The translations under genes were made by a program, and so were the position numbers. Below, piece after piece: positions 51,344 to 61,019 of a stretch of 64,000 nt of DNA. Location: contig JACPIQ010000008.1 of the NCBI GenBank assembly GCA_016188005.1, positions 256,509 to 320,508 on the forward strand, written 5' to 3'. Each line of letters opens with the position of its first letter. The stretch's first letter is position 1. The stretch comes from Candidatus Rokuibacteriota bacterium (lineage in GTDB: Bacteria; Methylomirabilota; Methylomirabilia; Rokubacteriales; CSP1-6). The notes beneath the pieces were generated by a model, which worked only from the letters and a program-made list of their open reading frames with translations, was not told where the DNA came from and did not search any database.

Positions 51344-54151
51344 CTACGTCCCCTTCAGGAGACAGCACTTCTTGTACTTCTTGCCCGAGCCGCACGGACA
51401 GGGGTCGTTCCGGCCCACCTTCTCTCCCGTTGCGGTGCGCGGCTCCGTCCGGGCGGCCGGGCGGGGAGCGGTCGCGATGTCGCCGCCCCGGTTCTCCAGC
51501 CAGTGCCGCGCCGGCGCCGCCGCGACCCGCACCGGCGCCGCCTCCTCGCGCATCATCCGCACCTTGAAGAGCTGCTCCAGGACCACTTCCTTCAGGTGGG
51601 CCACCATCTCCTGGAACATCTCGAAGGCTTCCTTCTTGTACTCGGTGAGCGGGTCCCGCTGGCCGTAGCCCCGGAGCCCGATGCCTTCCTTGAGGTGGTC
51701 CATGTTCAGCAGGTGGTCCTTCCAGAGCTGATCGATGCCGCGGAACTCCCCGTCCTCCCAGCGCAGGCCGAGCATGATCCAGCGCTCCAGGCGGTGGAAC
51801 ATCTCCGGCCCCAGCTGGCGCTCCCGCTCCCGGTAGGCCTGCTGCACCGCGGCAGAGACGCGCTCCATCAGCGTGTCGCGGGAGCCGTTCTCCTCGGGGG
51901 TCAGCTCGGCCGGCAGCCGGAAGTCGAACTGCCGGTGCAGCGCCTCCCCGAGCCCCGGCAGGTCCCAGTCGTCCGGATGCGCCTCCGCGGGGGCATACCG
52001 GTCCACGAGCCCCCCGGTCACCTCGTCGATCCACTCGAGGACCGTCTCCTCCTGGCTCTCGCCCTCGAGGATCTCCCAGCGCATCCCGTAGACGATCTCG
52101 CGCTGCTTGTTCATCACGTCGTCGTACTCGAGGAGATGCTTGCGGATCTCGAAATTGCGGGTCTCCACGCGTTTCTGGGCGGTGCCGATGGCCCGGGTGA
52201 CGAGCTTGTGCTCGATGGGCTCGCCTTCCTCCATGCCGAGCCGGTCCATGATGCGCTGGATGCGCTCCGAGCCGAAGATGCGGAGGAGGTCGTCCTCCAG
52301 CGACAGGTAGAAGCGCGACGAGCCGGGATCGCCCTGGCGTCCGGCGCGCCCCCGCAGCTGGTTGTCGATCCGGCGCGACTCGTGCCGCTCGGTGCCGATG
52401 ATGTGCAGGCCCCCCAGTGCGACGACCCGCTCGTGCTCGGGGTCCGTCGTCTTCTTGGCTTCCGCCCAGGCGGCCTGCCGGGCTTCGGGCGGAGCCAGGG
52501 CGGGGTCGAGCCCCTTCTTCCGCAAGACCTCCTTGGCGAGGAAGTCCGGGTTGCCTCCCAGCAGGATGTCGGTGCCGCGGCCGGCCATGTTGGTCGCGAT
52601 GGTGACGGTCCCTTCGCGCCCGGCCTGCGCCACGATCTCGGCTTCCCGCTCATGATATTTCGCGTTGAGCACCTGATGCGGGATCCCCCGCTTCTTGAGC
52701 AGCCGGGAGAGGTGCTCCGAGGTCTCGATGGAGACCGTTCCCACGAGCACGGGCTGCCCCTTGGCATGACAGGCGGCGATCTCGGTGCTCACGGCCTCGA
52801 ACTTCTCGCGCCCGGTCTTGTACACCATGTCGGCGTAATTGACCCGGGTCAGCGGGCGGTTGGTGGGCACCACCGTCACGTCCAGCTTGTAGATCTTGGC
52901 GAACTCCTCCGCCTCCGTGGCCGCCGTGCCCGTCATCCCCGCCAGCTTGTCGTACATGCGGAAGTAGTTCTGGAGGGTAATTGTGGCAAGCGTTTGATTT
53001 TCAGACTCGATCCTGACCCCTTCCTTCGCCTCGACGGCCTGGTGGAGGCCGTCCGACCACCTGCGCCCGGGCATGAGTCGCCCGGTGAACTCGTCCACGA
53101 TCACCACCTGCCCGTCCTTGACCACGTAGTCGACGTCCTTCTTGAACAACGCATGCGCCTTCAGGGCCTGGTGGATGTGGTGGAGGAGTTCCATCTGGGA
53201 GGGGTCGTACAGGTTCTCCACGCCCAGCAGCCGCTCGCAGTGCGAGATGCCCTCCTCGGTGAGGGACACCGCCCGTGACTTCTCGTCCACGATGTAGTCG
53301 CCGGGGGCCTGGGCCTCGATCTCCGACAGCTTGCCTTCCACGATGGTGGCTGCGCGGCTGAGCTTCGGGATGATCCGGTCGATCTTGTAGTACTTCTCCG
53401 TGGACCCCTCGGCCGGACCGGAGATGATGAGCGGGGTCCGCGCCTCGTCGATCAGGATGGAGTCCACCTCGTCCACGATGGCGTAGTGGTGCTCCCGCTG
53501 CACCATGTCCTCGAGGCTGAAGCGCATGTTGTCCCGCAGGTAGTCGAAACCGAACTCGTTGTTCGTCCCGTAGGTGATGTCGGCCCGGTACGCCTCACGC
53601 CGGGAGCACGGCCGGAGCGACGCCAGCCGGAGGTCCGGAGAGGGATGGTCCGGATCGTACAGGTAGGACACCTCGTGCTGGATCACGCCCACCGAGAGGC
53701 CCAGGGCGCGGTAGATGGGCCCCATCCACTGAGCGTCGCGTCGCGCCAGGTAGTCGTTGACCGTCACCACGTGGGTGCCGAGACCCGGGAGTGCGTTGAG
53801 GTAGGCCGGCAGCGTTGCCACGAGCGTCTTGCCCTCGCCGGTGGCCATCTCGGCGATCTTCCCCTCGTGGAGCACGATGCCGCCCATGAGCTGGACGTCG
53901 AAGTGCCGCATGCGGACCGTACGGCTCGCGGCCTCGCGGCACACCGCGAAGGCCTCCACCAGGAGATCTTCCGGCGTCTCACCGTCTGCCAGGCGCTTGC
54001 GGAAACCGTCCGTCCGGGCGCGGAGCTCGACGTCGGCGAGCCGCTGCACCTCGGGCTCGAGGGCGGTGATGGCCTCCACGGTGGGCCGCATGCGGCGCGC
54101 GTCACGCTCGTGCTTGGTGCCGAAGATGGCGCGGACGAGGGAGCCGAACAT
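51344..54151 (-). CDS. secA: preprotein translocase ATPase SecA
   Basis: 935 aa with DEAD motor motifs and a C-terminal zinc finger [16 protein letters not shown] start. Confidence 0.95.
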   Translation of the reverse strand: MFGSLVRAIFGTKHERDARRMRPTVEAITALEPEVQRLADVELRARTDGFRKRLADGETPEDLLVEAFAVCREAASRTVRMRHFDVQLMGGIVLHEGKIAEMATGEGKTLVATLPAYLNALPGLGTHVVTVNDYLARRDAQWMGPIYRALGLSVGVIQHEVSYLYDPDHPSPDLRLASLRPCSRREAYRADITYGTNNEFGFDYLRDNMRFSLEDMVQREHHYAIVDEVDSILIDEARTPLIISGPAEGSTEKYYKIDRIIPKLSRAATIVEGKLSEIEAQAPGDYIVDEKSRAVSLTEEGISHCERLLGVENLYDPSQMELLHHIHQALKAHALFKKDVDYVVKDGQVVIVDEFTGRLMPGRRWSDGLHQAVEAKEGVRIESENQTLATITLQNYFRMYDKLAGMTGTAATEAEEFAKIYKLDVTVVPTNRPLTRVNYADMVYKTGREKFEAVSTEIAACHAKGQPVLVGTVSIETSEHLSRLLKKRGIPHQVLNAKYHEREAEIVAQAGREGTVTIATNMAGRGTDILLGGNPDFLAKEVLRKKGLDPALAPPEARQAAWAEAKKTTDPEHERVVALGGLHIIGTERHESRRIDNQLRGRAGRQGDPGSSRFYLSLEDDLLRIFGSERIQRIMDRLGMEEGEPIEHKLVTRAIGTAQKRVETRNFEIRKHLLEYDDVMNKQREIVYGMRWEILEGESQEETVLEWIDEVTGGLVDRYAPAEAHPDDWDLPGLGEALHRQFDFRLPAELTPEENGSRDTLMERVSAAVQQAYRERERQLGPEMFHRLERWIMLGLRWEDGEFRGIDQLWKDHLLNMDHLKEGIGLRGYGQRDPLTEYKKEAFEMFQEMVAHLKEVVLEQLFKVRMMREEAAPVRVAAAPARHWLENRGGDIATAPRPAARTEPRTATGEKVGRNDPCPCGSGKKYKKCCLLKGT

Positions 54152-54194
54152 GGTCGTTCGCTATCTTACACCATCGTGCCGGACGGGCCGAGGG

Positions 54195-55907
54195 TCACCC
54201 CTGGCGCCGGGCCTCCCGGACCAGCTCCCGGGCGTGTCGCCGCGTCGCCTCGGTGATGCGCTCCCCTCCGAGCATACGGGCCAGCTCCTCGACGCGCCCG
54301 GCGGCATCCGGCGCCGCGACCGTCGTGCGGGTCGTCCCCCGCAGGACCCGCTTCTCGACCACCAGGTGATGGTCGGCGTGGGCGGCGATGGTGGCCAGAT
54401 GGCTCACGCAGAGCACCTGCCGTCCGGAGGCCGTGGCACGCAGCTTCTGCCCCACCACGTCGGCCACCCGTCCGCCGATCCCGGCGTCCACCTCGTCGAA
54501 GACCATGGTGGGCATCCGGTCCGCTGCCGCGAGAACGGTCTTGATGGCGAGCATGGTCCGGGACAGCTCGCCCCCCGAGACGACCTTGGCCAGCGGCTTC
54601 AGCTCCTCGCCGGGGTTTGCCGAAAGGAGGAACTCCACGGCATCGGCGCCGCGGGAGTCCACGCGCCAGCGCCCGGCCCCGCAGGCGAGCTCGCCCGGCT
54701 GAGCCGGCTCGTGCCCCACCACGGCCGCGAAGCGCGCATGCTCCATGCCGAGCCCCCGGAGTTCCTTCTGGATCAACCGTCCGAGCCGCGCCGCCGCCTC
54801 CGTCCGTGCGCCAGACAGGGCCAGGGCCTCGCTGGCGGCCTCCTGCCCCAGCGACTGCAGCCGGGCCTCGGCTTCGGCCACCAGGTCCTCGTGCCGCGCG
54901 AGCCGCTGGAGCCGACCCGCAACCTCCTCGCGGTAGGCCAGCACGGCCTCCACGGTCTCCCCGTACTTGCGCCTGAGCCGGGCCAGGGCATCCAGCCGCT
55001 CGTCGATCTCCTCCATCCGCGCCGGGTCGAAGTCAGTCCGATCGCGCAGCGCGCGGGCGCGCGCCACGGCATCGGCGAGGTAGGCCTCCGCCTCGCCCAG
55101 CGCCTCGGTGGGCGCCGCCAGCTCCGGGTCGAATGCCGACAGGTCGCGGAGAAGCGCGCCTGCGCGCCTCAGTCTGGCGGAGGCCGACTGGCCGTCCTCG
55201 TAGAGGAGCGCCAGCACCTCGTGGAGGCCGGCAGCGATCCGCTCGCCGTGCTGGAGCCGGCGTCGCTCGCTCCGCAGCTCGTCCTCCTCGCCCTCACGGG
55301 GCCGGCCGGCGTCGATCTCGGAGAGCTGGAAGCGGTCGGTCTCCTCCTGGCGCGCCTGCTCCCGCCCCTCCTGGGCGAGCTTCGCCAGTTCACGCCGGGC
55401 CCGCTCCCAGCGTCCGGCCAGATCCTCGACGCGCTCGCGGCGCGCCTCGCAGTCGGCGAAGCGGTCCAGCAGCAGCAGCTGGCGGGCCGGCTCCATCAGT
55501 CTTTGGTGCTCGTGCTGGCCGTGCAGCTCCACCAGCACCTCCCCGAGCCGCTCCAGGAGTCCCACTGTCGCTGGAGCGTCGTTGACGAAGACCCGGTGCC
55601 GGCCCGAGCGCGCCAGCTCCCGCTTGATCACGAGCTGTCCGTCCTGGAGGCCGTGCCCCGCTCCCTCGAGGATTGCCGCCACGGGACTGTCTGGCGCCAG
55701 CTCGAAGCTGGCCTCGATGAGGGCCGCGTCGGCCGTGGTCCGGATGAGGTCGGGCTGGGCGCGCGCGCCGACGACGAGCAGGAGGGCATCGATGACGATG
55801 GACTTGCCGGCGCCTGTCTCTCCCGTGAGGACGGTGAAGCCGGAGCCGAAGGGCACCGTCACGTCTTCGATGACGGCCAGGTTGCGGATCCGCAGCTCGC
55901 TCAGCAT
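54195..55907 (-). CDS. recN: DNA repair protein RecN
   Basis: 570 aa with N-terminal Walker A GETGAGKSI, coiled coil, and C-terminal signature/Walker B. ATG start. Confidence 0.9.
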   Translation of the reverse strand: MLSELRIRNLAVIEDVTVPFGSGFTVLTGETGAGKSIVIDALLLVVGARAQPDLIRTTADAALIEASFELAPDSPVAAILEGAGHGLQDGQLVIKRELARSGRHRVFVNDAPATVGLLERLGEVLVELHGQHEHQRLMEPARQLLLLDRFADCEARRERVEDLAGRWERARRELAKLAQEGREQARQEETDRFQLSEIDAGRPREGEEDELRSERRRLQHGERIAAGLHEVLALLYEDGQSASARLRRAGALLRDLSAFDPELAAPTEALGEAEAYLADAVARARALRDRTDFDPARMEEIDERLDALARLRRKYGETVEAVLAYREEVAGRLQRLARHEDLVAEAEARLQSLGQEAASEALALSGARTEAAARLGRLIQKELRGLGMEHARFAAVVGHEPAQPGELACGAGRWRVDSRGADAVEFLLSANPGEELKPLAKVVSGGELSRTMLAIKTVLAAADRMPTMVFDEVDAGIGGRVADVVGQKLRATASGRQVLCVSHLATIAAHADHHLVVEKRVLRGTTRTTVAAPDAAGRVEELARMLGGERITEATRRHARELVREARRQG

Positions 55908-55981
55908 GGCGCCCCGCCCAGGCTACGGCAGGCCGGACCCGGCCGGCAACACGTATCCCCCAGCGGACGGGGGAGGCGCCG

Positions 55982-56839
55982 CTAGCGCTCGCCCCACTTG
56001 AGCTTCGCCCGGAGCACGGAGAAGAAGTGCTTCTGCGGGAAGCGGAGCAGCCGGGTACGCGCGGCCGCCTGCCGGACCTCGACGGCATCGCCGCGCTTGA
56101 GGGCGAAGCCAACCTGGCCGTCCAGGGTGAGCATCACATCCTGGTCGGACAGAAGCCTCACCTCGACGGCGAGGCTCGCCGGCAGCACGATGGGCCGGTT
56201 GCTGAGCGTGTGGGAGCAGATGGGCGTGAGGACCACGGCGTCCATCGTGGGGAAAACGATGGGGCCGCCCGCCGACAGGCAGTACGCCGTCGAGCCCGTG
56301 GGCGTGGACACGATGAGGCCATCCGCCCGGTAGCCCGTGGCGAACTGCCCCTCCACCGAGACCTCGAGGTTGATGATGCGGCTCATGGCCGACTTCGTGA
56401 TCACCACGTCGTTGAGCGCCACGTACTCCGACAGCCTCTCCCCCTGCCGGGAGACGCGGGCCGCCAGCATCATCCGCTCCTCGATGACCAGCTCGTCGCG
56501 CGTGAGCGCCTCCAGGGCGGGGAAGAGCTCTTCCACCGTGAGCGCGGTGAGAAAGCCGAGGCCCCCCAGGTTCACCCCGAGGATCGGCACCTTGAGGTCG
56601 CCCACGAGCCGCGCCACCGAGAGGAGCGTTCCGTCGCCGCCGAGGACCACGAGGAGATCCGCCTGCGTCGGGAGCTCGGGCTTCGGCACGGCATGAGCGC
56701 CGGCCTCCGGGCACAGGCCGGCGGTCTCCTTCTCGAGCACCGGGGTGAATCCGTGCTCGGCGCACCACTGGAGGAGCCGGGGGACCACGACGGCGGCTTC
56801 CTGGCGGTCGACCTTGGCGACGACTCCGATGCGCTTCAC
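55982..56839 (-). CDS. nadK: NAD kinase
   Basis: GGDGTLL motif and NAD-kinase fold. GTG start overlapping the tlyA TGA (GTGA). Confidence 0.85.
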   Translation of the reverse strand: MKRIGVVAKVDRQEAAVVVPRLLQWCAEHGFTPVLEKETAGLCPEAGAHAVPKPELPTQADLLVVLGGDGTLLSVARLVGDLKVPILGVNLGGLGFLTALTVEELFPALEALTRDELVIEERMMLAARVSRQGERLSEYVALNDVVITKSAMSRIINLEVSVEGQFATGYRADGLIVSTPTGSTAYCLSAGGPIVFPTMDAVVLTPICSHTLSNRPIVLPASLAVEVRLLSDQDVMLTLDGQVGFALKRGDAVEVRQAAARTRLLRFPQKHFFSVLRAKLKWGER

Positions 56840-57684
56840 TCGGGCGTCTCGGTCACCACCCGCTCGATGCGGGCCATGAGGTCGGCAGCGGAGCGCCCGG
56901 TGCGCGCCAGGTGAAGGAAGAATTCGCGATTGCCCTTGGGCCCTCGGAGCGGTGACGCGGTGGCGCCGCGGACGTGCCAGCCGTGCAGGATCGCGAACCG
57001 CGCCACCCGTTCCAGCACTGCCCGGTGCTGGGCGGCATCCCGGACCACGCCACCCTTCTCCACGAGCCCCTTGCCGACCTCGAACTGCGGCTTGACCAGG
57101 GCGACGACCTCGCCGGCCGGGGTGAGCGAGGCGAACACGGCCGGCAGCACCTTCTCCAGCGAGATGAAGGACACGTCAACTGTCGCCAGCTCCACGGGCT
57201 CGGGAAAGGCGTCCGGCCGGAGCGTCCGGGCATTGACCCGCTCCATCAGGACCACCCGGCCGTCCCCGCGCAGCGCAGCGTCGAGCTGGCCGTGCCCCAC
57301 GTCCACCGCGTACACGCGGGCCGCGCCGCGCGCCAGGACGCAGTGGGTGAACCCGCCGGTGGAGGCTCCCACGTCGAGACAGACGCGTCCCTCCGCCGCG
57401 ATCCGGAACACGTCCAGGGCATGGGCGAGCTTGTCGCCGCCGCGGCTCACGAAGCTGGGCTTGGCGGCCACCTCCACGGTGGCCCCCACTGCCACGACCG
57501 TCCCGGCCTTGTCCACCCGCCGGCCGTCCACGCTCACCGCACCGGCGAGGATCATCCGGAGCGCCTTTTCCCGGCTCGGGGCCAGTCCTCGCTGGACGAG
57601 CGCGGTGTCCAGACGCTCCCTGGTGCCGCGACCCGCTCCGCGATCCGGGGTCCCGGCGGCCCCCGCCCCCCTCTCTCGCTTCAC
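56836..57684 (-). CDS. tlyA: TlyA-family rRNA 2'-O-methyltransferase (hemolysin A homologue)
   Basis: S4 domain RLDTALVQRGLAPSREKALRMILAGAV plus an FtsJ-like MTase (LDVGASTGGFT). Trimmed to the GTG at 57684 (GTGA overlap); an ATG at 57702 is an alternative. The upstream 113 codons are read-through. Confidence 0.75.
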   Translation of the reverse strand: MKRERGAGAAGTPDRGAGRGTRERLDTALVQRGLAPSREKALRMILAGAVSVDGRRVDKAGTVVAVGATVEVAAKPSFVSRGGDKLAHALDVFRIAAEGRVCLDVGASTGGFTHCVLARGAARVYAVDVGHGQLDAALRGDGRVVLMERVNARTLRPDAFPEPVELATVDVSFISLEKVLPAVFASLTPAGEVVALVKPQFEVGKGLVEKGGVVRDAAQHRAVLERVARFAILHGWHVRGATASPLRGPKGNREFFLHLARTGRSAADLMARIERVVTETPE

Positions 57685-60188
57685 GCGGTCCCCTTTCTCC
57701 ATCCGTCGATCCGCCCCCGGTACTCCTCGGCCAGCGCGCGGGCGCGCGCGCCGTCGGCCGACTCGGCGATCACATGGAAGCAGGCGCGGTCCGCGTCCGG
57801 GATGGCCGCGACCCACTCCTCGCCGCGCCTGAGCCGCACGCCCTCGATGAGCTCCACATCCCCGCCCTTGGTGGCCTCTATGAGCCGCCGCATCACCGCG
57901 CCCTTGCGCTCGTCCGGGCAGGGCACCTCGACGCGCACGACGTGGCTGGCGGGGACCGCGCGCGTGAGCTGGTGCAGGCGCACGTCGAGCCGCGCCATCA
58001 TCTCCAGGATCTTCGCGACGGCGGCCATCCCGTCGAAGCACGGCTGGAAGCGAGGGAAGATGAAGCCGCCCATCTCCTCGCCCACCAGAGACACGTCGCT
58101 GGCGAGCGCTGCCTCGGTGAGGGCCCGCAGCGTTCCCCGAGACCGCGTGACCGTGAAGCCGTGCTCCTCGGCGAGCCGATGCACCGCGCGCGACGCCGTC
58201 ACAGGCACCACGATGCGCCCCGCCGGGTGCGTCCGCATCACGAGGAGCGCCACCAGGGCCAGCGCCAGGTCCCCGGGCAGGACCTCGCCCTTCTCATCCA
58301 CCAGGAAGACCTTCTCCCCGCCCGTGTCCAGCAGGACCCCGAGATCGGCGCCGAGGGTGCGCACGATGTTCGACAGCTGGTCCAGCGAGCGCTGGAACTC
58401 CTCCGCCGTCTTCGAGATGCGGCTCTCGTCCAGGTACGCGTTGAGGGAGATGACGTCCACGCCCAGCGCGCCGAGGACCCCGGGGAAGATGGAGGAGGCG
58501 GAGCCGAAGGAGTAGTCGAGCACCATCCGGAGGCCGGCCCGGCGGATCAGCTCGGCGTCCACCGACTTCAGGAGCCCGTCCCGGTAGCGGTCAGTGCCCG
58601 CGTGCGGGAAGCTCAGGAGTCCGGTCTCCTCGGTCGGGGCCCGGTAGAAGTCCTCGGTGAAGAAGAGCCGCTCCACCGCCTTCTCCCGATCAGGCGCGCA
58701 CTCGAGGCCCCGGCCATCGAAGAACTTCACGTCGATCAGCTCGGGCTCGTACGGCGACTTCCGGACGTGAGTCCCGCCCGCCAGCCCCAGGGCCTGGATC
58801 TGGTAGCGAACCACGGGCACCGGCGCCACGCCGAGATCCTGCACGTCCACGCCCACCGAGAGGAGACCCGCCATCAGCGCCCGATTGATCATCCGCGAGG
58901 CCTTGTGATGGTCGCGACTCGTGATCACCACGCGCCGCCTGCCCAGCGTCGAGCCGTAGGCGGCGCCGAGCTTCGCCGCGAACTCCGGGGAGATCTCGAT
59001 GTTCGCCAGCCCGGAGACGCCGTAGGGCCCGAAAATCGATCGGCTCCAGCGCTCGCCCCACACGAGGCTGGTGGCCAGCGTGGCGCCGTCCTCCACCTCC
59101 TTGTAGGGCCAGACCTTGGCGTTGGCCTTGACGACGCTGGACTCGCCGATCTTGCAGAAATCCCCGATCACCACGCCTTCTGCGAGGAAGGCGTTCGGCC
59201 GGATGACCACCCGACGCCCCACGACAGCCTCCTTGATGGTCACCCCCGGCCCCACCTGCACCTCGGCCCAGAGCACGCTGCCCTCGATGTCGGCACCCGT
59301 CTGGATCGTGGAGCCGGGACCGATCACGCAGTTGGCGAGCCGCGCGCCCGGGGCCACCTGCACGCCCCGCCCCAGGATCACCGAGCCGGAGAGCCTGGCG
59401 GTGTAGTCCACGCGCGCGCCCTCGTCCAGCCACACCGTGTGACCGGCGCCCTCGTGACGCGTCCCGGGGATCTCCACGCCCACCGCTCCCTGCAAGAGGT
59501 CGATGTGGGCCTTCCGGTACTCCCCCAGGTCGCCCACGTCGCGCCAGTACCCCTGCGCCACGTGCCCGTAGAGCGGCCGCCCGGCGGCCAGGAGCGCCGG
59601 TAAGAGCTCCTTGCCGAAGTCGTACGGGCGCCCCGCCGGCACGGCACCGAGCGCGGCCGGCTCGAGCACGTAGATGCCCGTGTTGATCGTGTCGCTGAAC
59701 ACCTCGCCCCAGGTCGGCTTCTCGAGAAAGCGAACCACGGCCCCGGCCTCGTCGGTGATGACGATCCCGTAGGCGAGCGGAAAGTCCACGCGGGCCAACA
59801 CCATCGTGGCCTCTGCCGCGCGCTCCCGGTGGAAGGCCACGGCCGCGGAGAGGTCGAAGTCGGTGAGCACATCGCCCGAGATGACCAGGACGGGCTCGCC
59901 AAGCTCTCCGGCGGCGAAGCGCACCGCGCCCGCGGTCCCCAGATCCGCCGTGGGCGTCACGTAGCTCATGCGCACGCCCCACGGGGCGCCGTCTCCGAAG
60001 TGGGCGATGATGGTCTCGGGCAGGAAGTACAGCAGCACGATCAGCTCGGTGAAGCCGTGTCGCCGGAGCAGCCGCACGGTGTGCTCCATGATCGGCAGGT
60101 TCCCGATGGGCACCAGCGGCTTGGGCAGGTGGGTCGTGAGCGGGCGCAGCCGCGTGCCGAACCCCCCCGCCATGATGACAGCCTTCAT
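57681..60188 (-). CDS. fusion protein: sugar-1-phosphate nucleotidylyltransferase (GlmU/ManC-like NTP_transferase + hexapeptide LbH) + C-terminal alpha-D-phosphohexomutase-like domain
   Basis: MKAVIMAGGFGTRLRPLT is the nucleotidyltransferase G-loop. LbH repeats follow, then PGM_PMM-like domains (...GEEMGGFIFP...). The ATG at 60188 has GAGGAA 6 nt upstream; the GTG at 60206 is an alternative. Confidence 0.8.
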   Translation of the reverse strand: MKAVIMAGGFGTRLRPLTTHLPKPLVPIGNLPIMEHTVRLLRRHGFTELIVLLYFLPETIIAHFGDGAPWGVRMSYVTPTADLGTAGAVRFAAGELGEPVLVISGDVLTDFDLSAAVAFHRERAAEATMVLARVDFPLAYGIVITDEAGAVVRFLEKPTWGEVFSDTINTGIYVLEPAALGAVPAGRPYDFGKELLPALLAAGRPLYGHVAQGYWRDVGDLGEYRKAHIDLLQGAVGVEIPGTRHEGAGHTVWLDEGARVDYTARLSGSVILGRGVQVAPGARLANCVIGPGSTIQTGADIEGSVLWAEVQVGPGVTIKEAVVGRRVVIRPNAFLAEGVVIGDFCKIGESSVVKANAKVWPYKEVEDGATLATSLVWGERWSRSIFGPYGVSGLANIEISPEFAAKLGAAYGSTLGRRRVVITSRDHHKASRMINRALMAGLLSVGVDVQDLGVAPVPVVRYQIQALGLAGGTHVRKSPYEPELIDVKFFDGRGLECAPDREKAVERLFFTEDFYRAPTEETGLLSFPHAGTDRYRDGLLKSVDAELIRRAGLRMVLDYSFGSASSIFPGVLGALGVDVISLNAYLDESRISKTAEEFQRSLDQLSNIVRTLGADLGVLLDTGGEKVFLVDEKGEVLPGDLALALVALLVMRTHPAGRIVVPVTASRAVHRLAEEHGFTVTRSRGTLRALTEAALASDVSLVGEEMGGFIFPRFQPCFDGMAAVAKILEMMARLDVRLHQLTRAVPASHVVRVEVPCPDERKGAVMRRLIEATKGGDVELIEGVRLRRGEEWVAAIPDADRACFHVIAESADGARARALAEEYRGRIDGWRKGTA

Positions 60189-60235
60189 TCGCGGTTCCTC
60201 ACTCACACTCCTCGCGGGCCCCGAGCGCGCTGCGT

Positions 60236-60246
60236 TTCAGTATAGC
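60236..60246 (-). promoter_or_regulatory. candidate -10 element (TATACT) in the 63-nt gap upstream of the ManC-fusion/tlyA/nadK run; no convincing -35
   Basis: The minus strand reads ...cctttccgcTATACTgaaacg... An AT-rich hexamer is conspicuous in a 70% GC background. The spacing to the GAGGAA SD and the ATG is about 45 nt. Confidence 0.15.
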
Positions 60247-60269
60247 GGAAAGGCTGCTGGGCGAGAACA

Positions 60270-60992
60270 CTACCGCCAGCGGGCAGCGCGGCGCGGGCGC
60301 ATGAGGAGGAGCAGTCCCATGCCCGCGAGGAAACCTCCGATGTGAGCGAACCAGGCGACGCCCCCGCCCCCGCCCTGGCCCCGGGCCGCGGCGATGCCCA
60401 CCGTGAGGAAGCCGTTCAGGAACTGCACCACGATCCAGAACCCCAAGACGATCAGGGCCGGGATCCTGACGAGCCGGATGAAGAACCCGAACATGATGAG
60501 GGTGAGCACGTTGGCGTGGGGGAAGAGGAGCAGATAGGCCCCGAGCACTCCGGACACCGCCCCGCTGGCCCCGATCATGGGCACCGTGGAGGCCGGCGCC
60601 GTCACGGTCTGGGCCAGCGCCGCCGCCACACCGCTGAGCGCGTAGAAGACCAGGAAGCGACCGTGCCCGAGCGTGTCCTCGACGTTGTTGCCGAAGATCC
60701 ACAGGTAGAGCATGTTGCCGCCCACGTGAAAGAGACCGCCGTGGAGGAACATGGAGGTGAAGATCGTCAGGACAGGCGAGGGCAGCCCCAGGGCCTCGCG
60801 GCAATGGCCGGTCAGCCGGCAGGGGATCAGCCCGAACTCAAGCACGAACTCCTGCGCGGCGCGGCCGCTGCCCCCGGGCCCCTCGCCGCCCAGGGAGAAC
60901 TGGTACATGAAGGCCAGGACATTCATGGCGATCAGCCCCACCGTCACCACCGGGATGGAGCGGGTCGGGATGTCGTCCTTGAGTGGAAGCAT
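60270..60992 (-). CDS. rhomboid-family intramembrane serine protease
   Basis: Six or more TM segments, catalytic GASGAVSG serine motif and a downstream H in TM6 (AHIGGFLAG). ATG start. Confidence 0.8.
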   Translation of the reverse strand: MLPLKDDIPTRSIPVVTVGLIAMNVLAFMYQFSLGGEGPGGSGRAAQEFVLEFGLIPCRLTGHCREALGLPSPVLTIFTSMFLHGGLFHVGGNMLYLWIFGNNVEDTLGHGRFLVFYALSGVAAALAQTVTAPASTVPMIGASGAVSGVLGAYLLLFPHANVLTLIMFGFFIRLVRIPALIVLGFWIVVQFLNGFLTVGIAAARGQGGGGGVAWFAHIGGFLAGMGLLLLMRPRRAARWR

Positions 60993-61019
60993 GCGCTCTC
61001 TGCCTCCGGGCGCCGCGCG

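Noticed and set aside
55908-55981. Terminator hairpin (CTCCCCC-gtccgc-GGGGGAT) after nadK
   Set aside because: A perfect 5-6 bp stem is present, but the trailing sequence (ACGTGTTG) is not U-rich, so the evidence for rho-independent termination is weak.
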